A stretch of DNA of 28,257 bases from a virus (taxonomy: Duplodnaviria; Caudoviricetes), in the IMG/VR virus record IMGVR_UViG_3300020403_000062, positions 1 to 28,257 of that record; one strand, written 5' to 3'. Of the stretch, positions 22,038 to 28,257 are shown in pieces; within the stretch, counting starts at the first letter, position 1, and each line of letters starts with the position of its first letter. Below the pieces are notes generated by a model. The model was not told where the DNA came from, did no database searches, and saw only the letters and a program-made list of their open reading frames with translations. Position numbers and translations under genes: made by a program.

Positions 22038-25000
22038 CCCATCAAGCTCCCAATGCCTTGCTGTCGGATCATACCTGAAGCCATGTCATTCGGGAAAAGG
22101 GCCGCGAACCGCGAGCGGTCAACCGGACCTGACGGTGCAGGAGGTGTTGCCGACGCAAGGGTGGTTGTGGGTTGTGCCACCGGTTGCGCCGGAACTGGGG
22201 GCTGTACGATAGTGGGACGCACAGAGCTTTCTTCTATTGTTTCTTGTTCTTCTACTTCAATCGGCTCAACTTCGTCATCACTGAGAACTTGTGGCACAGC
22301 CCGACGACCAACACGAGTTGGCTCCGCGGAAGTGAATCCAAGTTTGTCTAAAACGGTGCCTACCACACCGGCTATTCTAATTTTTTCCTTATCATTGCGT
22401 GGTTTACGCATCATAGCTGCAAGAAGCTCTGGGTTTTCCATCATCTCAGACATAACGTCCATCTTCATGCTTTCCGGCACTTTATCAAAGATGTTACGCA
22501 TGGCTTTTGAACCCGCGGATGCGGCAATCAAACTGCCTGAACCTCCTCCACCGGGGAGCATTCTTTGCAGTTGCGTACCAAAAGCAGAACCAGAAATTCT
22601 TAAGTAGAAATCAAGCATCGGGCCCGCACCTTCGGCAATATCTCCCAAAGTGCCTTGAGAATCCATGACCTCAAGACGAACCATCTCTGTTAAATATTTT
22701 TTCATTTGGTTAGCTTGTTTTTCTTCTATGACGCCGTTCTCTAACATCCAATCCATAGCACTAATGTTGGATTTAGCATTTGGAATTTTACTGTACAAAT
22801 TATCGTACATACTGCGGGGGCTAAAGCTACGGCTAGTTGCTCCACCTTTTGTCATCGCCCATTCTAAAATAGAATGTTTTAATCCAGAAGCGGCATCGGC
22901 GCGAAGTTCTTCGGGAGCACTGTTAACAACATCCATTAAATTATCTAAAGATCGAATCGGAGCTTTTTGACCATTAGCTAGTGCGCGACTGACAGCAAAA
23001 GTGGGGCTTTCTGTATTGTTAGGCAACAAATTTTTAAAAGTTATCTGACCCCTCATGGCCGCTTCTGCGCTTTTATTTTGCATCTGCCGCCCTTGCAAAA
23101 CAGTATTTGCACGTGCCGCATTATTTAAATCCGCTCTAAGCGCAGGATAGGTATCTAACAACTCACTATTAGCATTCATCCATTTTTGCAGGCTTTTGAT
23201 GTTGATTTCACCAGTTTGAGGATCGAAGGCCGCGGCTCGTGCGTTACGAATAATCATTTCTTGAGTTCCGCGAATACTAGCGGCTATCCCTTCCGCACCT
23301 TCAAAACCATTATCTATGGCAAATTGTCCAAGATCATTAATTTGCTTTACCCGCAAGTATGTTGGATCAGAACCTCCTGTCATTAGACGTTGAGCTAGTA
23401 GTTCTGGAGCTATGCGTTCTGCCCCAGTTTTGCCTTTTTCTAGAGCACGACCCGCAAAAGCACGAGTAAAAGTATCGTTTAGAGACCTTGAATATGAGCG
23501 AGCAATATCATATGCCGCATTTTCACCTTCAGGAATGTTAAAATTAAGATCATCTAAAAGACCATCGGCAAAATTGGATGCAATACGAGCTGCGTTGTAA
23601 TCTCCAATAGCCGTTTGTTGACGAGCTATATTTAGTGCAAGCTGACGCATTTCTGTAGCCTCTGTTGTAGTTAACAGAGGAGCGTCAATACCGTCTAAAT
23701 CAACCCCTTTAAGACTTTCTAAATTAGTAAAAAACTTTCCTTCTTCGGTGTCTGGGCTAGTCCGAAGCAAGGCATCTTGCTCTGTTTTGATAAAAGCATC
23801 GCGTTGGTCAACAGGAGTCTCTTTAAGAATATCTCGGATAGTGTTAAATTTAGCCTGAAACTCTTCAGTCATGGGTAGCAGATTTAAGGTAGACCCCAAC
23901 TCTCCACGCTTACGGTTAATAAAAGTAGCTAATGGGCCAAGCTTTTTGTTAATTTCAGCCGCTGCCTCTTCTGTCTTGGGCATTGAATTTTCCCAAGCTG
24001 TTAGGAAGTTAGGCTGAGCAACCTCGTTACCGTCGGCATCGCGAAATACATTAATATCTACATCTTCTACTGCATTCCAAAGCTTTTTCTCTTGTGCACG
24101 AGCTTGAGAAAGTTGTGAACTGGCAAGTTCAAACAATTTTGTGGAAAGAGCTACATTGCTTTGTGGGTCCGTGCCACCCACACGGTCTCTAGCTGAAAGA
24201 ACATTTGCCGACGCACGTTGCAGACGGTTGGTTAGGCTAGCAGAGAATAGGTCTTCCGCCATTTGAGCGGCTAACTGTAACGCATCCGGATTACCCGTAG
24301 CAACTAGAGCCGCAATAGTGTTACGCAACGCGTTATTAGCCTGAACATTTTTAGCAGAGCGTTCTTTACCTAGTCCGGGGCTTGTTTGCGCTAAAGCTGC
24401 TTCAATAGCTAAAAGAGCAGGACTATCTGCCTTCATACCCGCAGTCAGTGTAATGGGTCTGCCAGTATCTGGATCAATTAAAACATCTTCAAATTCTTTT
24501 GAACTTAGACGTTCAATGATAGCATCTACGTCTTCTCCAGACTCCTCTAAAATATCTAAAATACGGTTTGCACCAGCTTGTTGACGACGACCTTTAAAAC
24601 CTTTTAGATTAACTTCTCCGCGGGCTACTTTACCGGGAAGTTGAACTATTTTCTTTAGGTTTGGAACAAGAGCGGTTAAACGATCTGAAAGAATAGCGGC
24701 ACTTATACCACCCGGTATTTCTGCCATTAGCCGTGTACTTGCATCACCCGGATCTACAGTCTCTGCAATGTAAGCTCCGCCTGCGGCTCCAGCTCCAGCT
24801 CCAGTTTCTATAGCCGCAGTGGCGATAGGAGATTTACGGGCCGCGGTCCCTGTTTTGCTCAGGAGCTTTTCTGCCCCAGCAATTAAGCGGGTGCTAAGAG
24901 GGCCCTTTGCTTCTCCCGCTAAGTTATCAAGAAACTGTGCTGCACCAAAATTTACGTTCGTAGAAATCATGTAAGGCATCGGCAACCAGCCGATTGCTCC

Positions 25001-25582
25001 ACCAAAAGTTTTCCCAGACTCATACGCGGCGATAGAGCCGGGAGTTACAGGTTTTTCTGGACCAAACAACTCATCGGCAGTAGCTTCACCTGCTTTATAA
25101 AAACCGGTAGCTCCCAAAAGGGTGGTAACGGTAGGAATAGCAACTTTTGCGGCAACAGCCCATGGCCCCGCTGGTGGGATCGGCTGTTGTAAACCCATGC
25201 CTATTTCTGCGCCAAGTTTGGCTCCAGCTAAGCTAAACACAGACGGCAAAATTTCACGCTTTACACCACCAGCAAAAGTACCTTCTTGAATAGGTTCGCC
25301 CTGCTCATCTACAGCAAACAAAGAAATAATCTGTGCGTTGCTAAGACTACGGTCTTCTGGTGCAAGGTTCGCGAACTGCGGTAGCTGACTAAACAACGGC
25401 GCAGTTCCGTCTCTCAAACCCTCGTAGGTAATCAGCTCCGGGTAATCAACGGCAACTTCAGACGTAAGTTGTTGAGCTAGAACAGGTTCTGCCCCTCCTT
25501 GTTCGTCCACAAAGAGCTGGTTAATCTGATCCATTTGATCTTTAGAAAAAGTAACTGGGCTTATATTAAGGTTTTCCGCCAT
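22034..25582 (-). CDS. Large probable internal virion/DNA-ejection protein (1182 aa)
   Basis: Ala/Gly-rich hydrophobic segments, helical character, coupled to its neighbours; function inferred from size and context. Confidence 0.65.
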   Translation of the reverse strand: MAENLNISPVTFSKDQMDQINQLFVDEQGGAEPVLAQQLTSEVAVDYPELITYEGLRDGTAPLFSQLPQFANLAPEDRSLSNAQIISLFAVDEQGEPIQEGTFAGGVKREILPSVFSLAGAKLGAEIGMGLQQPIPPAGPWAVAAKVAIPTVTTLLGATGFYKAGEATADELFGPEKPVTPGSIAAYESGKTFGGAIGWLPMPYMISTNVNFGAAQFLDNLAGEAKGPLSTRLIAGAEKLLSKTGTAARKSPIATAAIETGAGAGAAGGAYIAETVDPGDASTRLMAEIPGGISAAILSDRLTALVPNLKKIVQLPGKVARGEVNLKGFKGRRQQAGANRILDILEESGEDVDAIIERLSSKEFEDVLIDPDTGRPITLTAGMKADSPALLAIEAALAQTSPGLGKERSAKNVQANNALRNTIAALVATGNPDALQLAAQMAEDLFSASLTNRLQRASANVLSARDRVGGTDPQSNVALSTKLFELASSQLSQARAQEKKLWNAVEDVDINVFRDADGNEVAQPNFLTAWENSMPKTEEAAAEINKKLGPLATFINRKRGELGSTLNLLPMTEEFQAKFNTIRDILKETPVDQRDAFIKTEQDALLRTSPDTEEGKFFTNLESLKGVDLDGIDAPLLTTTEATEMRQLALNIARQQTAIGDYNAARIASNFADGLLDDLNFNIPEGENAAYDIARSYSRSLNDTFTRAFAGRALEKGKTGAERIAPELLAQRLMTGGSDPTYLRVKQINDLGQFAIDNGFEGAEGIAASIRGTQEMIIRNARAAAFDPQTGEINIKSLQKWMNANSELLDTYPALRADLNNAARANTVLQGRQMQNKSAEAAMRGQITFKNLLPNNTESPTFAVSRALANGQKAPIRSLDNLMDVVNSAPEELRADAASGLKHSILEWAMTKGGATSRSFSPRSMYDNLYSKIPNAKSNISAMDWMLENGVIEEKQANQMKKYLTEMVRLEVMDSQGTLGDIAEGAGPMLDFYLRISGSAFGTQLQRMLPGGGGSGSLIAASAGSKAMRNIFDKVPESMKMDVMSEMMENPELLAAMMRKPRNDKEKIRIAGVVGTVLDKLGFTSAEPTRVGRRAVPQVLSDDEVEPIEVEEQETIEESSVRPTIVQPPVPAQPVAQPTTTLASATPPAPSGPVDRSRFAALFPNDMASGMIRQQGIGSLMG

Positions 25583-28044
25583 CAGTTTTTCTTCCCTTTT
25601 TGAATGATGCTGCGGAGAGTGTCCACTTTGCCCTGTGACGCGCTGCCTAATCTGTAAGCATTTCTAAAAACACCATATCCATCTTCTAACTGGTTCATTT
25701 GCAACAAGAATGTTTGTGCGTCTTTATATTCTTTACTGTCTAAAGGAAGATTATCTATTTTATTTTGCAAAACTTGTTTCGCGTTTGTAATCATGCCTAA
25801 AATTTTATCCACTTTATCGGCTGATGTGTCTGGTCCGGTGAATAATTCCAAAGGTTTAGGTGTTAAGTCCTGCAATAATTGAGCTTGAAAAACAGATTCT
25901 CTAAGTTCTGCGGACTTTTGAAAAGTTTGAAGAAAGTTTTGATTTAAAGTTTTTGCCGCATTTATTGCAGATTTTTCCGGTTTAAACGGAGCACTTGCAG
26001 TAAAAAATTCAAACAAATTGTTTATGACATTTTTTCCTACAGCCACGGAGCCAAAAGCCGACATTGGGTTTTGTAGTCCTACAGTTACCGCGTTAGTAAA
26101 ATCTGTTTGTCTTTCTAAAGGTTTATTTTCTGGTGCGGCCTCGTCCAGTTTTATGTTTGGATATGTAAGACCATTTTCCCGACGAATCCGGATAGAAGAA
26201 AGAAGCTCGTTAGACAGCGGATTACCCGGTGATAGAACGAAGCGTTTCTCTTTTTCATTCCAAACCTGCTTCGGTGCGTTATAGTAAGCAATCGCCTGAT
26301 TGAACTCCAAAGTTTCATCTGGACCCATAGTCCCAGCCGCATATTTAGCCAAGCTCTCTGGATTAGAAAGAAGAGTCGTGATCCGCGCTTCGGTGCTCGT
26401 GCCCAAACGTGTAAGTCTCGCGGCGGCCTCTTCGAGAGCCAGCTTTTTATTCTTGTAGCCCTGCTCAAACGTATTCATCTCGGCTTCCATCTTCAAAGCC
26501 TCTTCTTCTAGTTCAATCTTGCGCTCACCCTGTGCCCGCGCAACCTCGGCCTTAATGGTATCAAGCTTTAACCGACGCTGAGCCAGCTCATTATCCATGT
26601 TAGCTAACTTTTCCCTCAGAGCGTTGTTTGTAGTGTTCAGCTCTGTTGCCTGCTCATGGGCTTTGTCCATCTTGGCAAGCTCATATTCGTTAGCTACGTC
26701 CATCTTACCCAATTCAATGTTGGCTTGAATTTCCATGTTTTCTTTTTTCAACTTGTCAGCAAGGACAATATCGGCTTGACTGCCAGACTGCTCAAGCTTC
26801 TCTATAGCTTCACGGTTCTGTTGCTGAACACCTTCAAGAGCCACACGGTTGGCCTGCTTTCGATCTTCCAGACTTTCGGCACCTTTTTGCTTTAGCTTTT
26901 CCAAAGCTCGCGACGATGCACTAGACAGTTTGTCCTTCAGCGTAATCTCAGCTATGTTCTGTGCGCCCTCTAGCTTTTTTTGCGCTAACTCAGAAGCGGC
27001 TTTTGCTTCTGCGGTCAGTCCGGCTTCTGCCGCACTAAGGGCTGACAGTTTAAGCTGTTGCTGTTGTGCTTTAGCCGCGGCCTCTTTATCGCGTTGCGCC
27101 TGTGCGCGAGCACCAATAGTCTGTGGAAGTTTCGTGGTCCGCGCTGCAAAAGCTAAGCGTTCTGCCGCACTCATACCGGGCCGTTCACCTTCCATAGGTG
27201 CGGCAAAAGCCAACGCAGTGTTGGCAATGTCAAATAGCATTTGAGACTGTGTCAGTTTTTTCTGCTCTTCAAGGTCAGCGGTAGGGTCCCCAAGGATGCT
27301 TGTATATAACGGCATCTTTTGCTGGTACAGCTCACCAAGACGACCGGCTTGAGCGATAGGGTCTCCACCTTGCTGCATTTTTATGACCGGCTGGTTGTCT
27401 CCGCGGCGGACCAGCCCGCCATCTTTAAAATTTACGGGAGGTGCCCCCTCCATGGGCATCGGCTGTGGTTCAGGTGGAGCAACTGTGGACATTATGCCCT
27501 GTGCCATCGCACCCTCTACCGGAGCAGACATTTCTTCTTGAGCAAGCTCGCCGATACCCTGATCGACAGAGGCCATCATCATAACAGGCTGAACCAGAGC
27601 TAGAACAGATTCTGGTGTTTGTTGAGCATCTTCAGGGCCTACAACCTGAGCTAGTTCTGCATAACGCTCTTCAACACTGGCTTCGTCGCCACGTATGGCG
27701 TTCATCATATCTTCGGGATCTTCAATATTTTCTAAATCCCCGATACCAGCATCTGCCGCACCCATTAGCATCTGTTCTATAACCGCAGGATCAATGGTTC
27801 CGGCGGCCTGTTGGGCAGGAGCACCGGGGTCTGGCATCATAGCCGCCTGTCCTGCCGCCATACCTGCCGCCATGGCAGGGGGCTGTTCTGGCATCATACC
27901 AGCAATACCGCCCTCTTGCTTGAACTCAACGCCTCGACCTTTCAGGATATCAGCTTGTGTGATTTTGCCGTCTCCAGTCAAATCAGGAAAAGCAGCTCCG
28001 CCTTTGGCAAACATCTGCCGTTGTAGTACGCCTCTATTCATCAT
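25582..28044 (-). CDS. Probable internal virion protein (820 aa) with coiled coil and xxGG motifs
   Basis: FAKGG, KQEGG, FKDGG, MQQGG; EF-hand-like DLTGDGKITQAD; long central heptad-like region. Confidence 0.65.
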   Translation of the reverse strand: MMNRGVLQRQMFAKGGAAFPDLTGDGKITQADILKGRGVEFKQEGGIAGMMPEQPPAMAAGMAAGQAAMMPDPGAPAQQAAGTIDPAVIEQMLMGAADAGIGDLENIEDPEDMMNAIRGDEASVEERYAELAQVVGPEDAQQTPESVLALVQPVMMMASVDQGIGELAQEEMSAPVEGAMAQGIMSTVAPPEPQPMPMEGAPPVNFKDGGLVRRGDNQPVIKMQQGGDPIAQAGRLGELYQQKMPLYTSILGDPTADLEEQKKLTQSQMLFDIANTALAFAAPMEGERPGMSAAERLAFAARTTKLPQTIGARAQAQRDKEAAAKAQQQQLKLSALSAAEAGLTAEAKAASELAQKKLEGAQNIAEITLKDKLSSASSRALEKLKQKGAESLEDRKQANRVALEGVQQQNREAIEKLEQSGSQADIVLADKLKKENMEIQANIELGKMDVANEYELAKMDKAHEQATELNTTNNALREKLANMDNELAQRRLKLDTIKAEVARAQGERKIELEEEALKMEAEMNTFEQGYKNKKLALEEAAARLTRLGTSTEARITTLLSNPESLAKYAAGTMGPDETLEFNQAIAYYNAPKQVWNEKEKRFVLSPGNPLSNELLSSIRIRRENGLTYPNIKLDEAAPENKPLERQTDFTNAVTVGLQNPMSAFGSVAVGKNVINNLFEFFTASAPFKPEKSAINAAKTLNQNFLQTFQKSAELRESVFQAQLLQDLTPKPLELFTGPDTSADKVDKILGMITNAKQVLQNKIDNLPLDSKEYKDAQTFLLQMNQLEDGYGVFRNAYRLGSASQGKVDTLRSIIQKGKKN

Positions 28045-28256
28045 CCGAATAACCCCGCTTTTGCTGCCCCGCCTGCCGCGGACAATCCTGCTATGCCCAG
28101 ACCAAGGAACTGCTGAGCTGGTGAAACACTAGGAGATACGCCTGACGCAATAGTTTGTTGAGTTGACGGCGCACCTTTGTAAATATCTGAAAGAAAAGCA
28201 TAACGCTGATATGGTTCAAACAGTTGTTGCATTTGAGTCTGACGCGCTGCTTCAAG
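28041..28256 (-). CDS. C-terminal part of a probable virion/DNA-transfer protein, truncated by the window edge
   Basis: Frame is open to the edge; ends in the Gly/Ala hydrophobic tail QFLGLGIAGLSAAGGAAKAGLFG; ATGA overlap with the next gene. Confidence 0.65.
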   Translation of the reverse strand, partial: LEAARQTQMQQLFEPYQRYAFLSDIYKGAPSTQQTIASGVSPSVSPAQQFLGLGIAGLSAAGGAAKAGLFG

Positions 28257-28257
28257 T

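Noticed and set aside
12353-28132. Many ORFs antisense to or nested in the replication and virion genes
   Set aside because: They are shadow frames of well-supported genes, with no RBS or recognisable motifs
1-28257. tRNA, rRNA, integrase, IS element, capsid or TerL genes
   Set aside because: None recognised by eye; tRNAscan-SE and HMM searches would be needed to exclude them formally

Overview
This is a fragment of a tailed dsDNA phage genome that resembles uncultured marine podovirus-like phages. An alphaproteobacterial host is inferred, not shown. From 1 to ~11.6 kb is an accessory/early region of small genes in terminator-promoter-leader cassettes. It includes a DUF932-like protein, a VRR-NUC-like nuclease, the terminase small subunit, an ArfA-like protein, a GIY-YIG endonuclease, zinc-finger microproteins and a ribbon-helix-helix protein. 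From 12 to 20.6 kb is a replication module: family A DNA polymerase (Leu762 type), UvrD-like helicase, AEP-type primase, SSB-like protein and SNF2-like helicase. From 20.6 kb to the end are an HlyC-like acyltransferase and large probable internal virion/ejection proteins. Main unexplained signals: (1) a ~70-nt ORF-less transcript (9696-9764, minus) whose three exposed segments are each complementary to the 5' leader of gene 5149-5610, and whose central seed pairs with a shared (A)CTACGGGAG ribosome-binding site in several early genes; (2) an ArfA-like gene with an intrinsic terminator before its stop codon; (3) a perfect chromosomal parS site; (4) an RTX-type acyltransferase coupled to a Gly-rich probable ejection protein; (5) a TATRVGA box in nearly all promoters; (6) a symmetric GTAAC-repeat element upstream of terS. 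All family assignments come from recognising motifs by eye; no database search was run.
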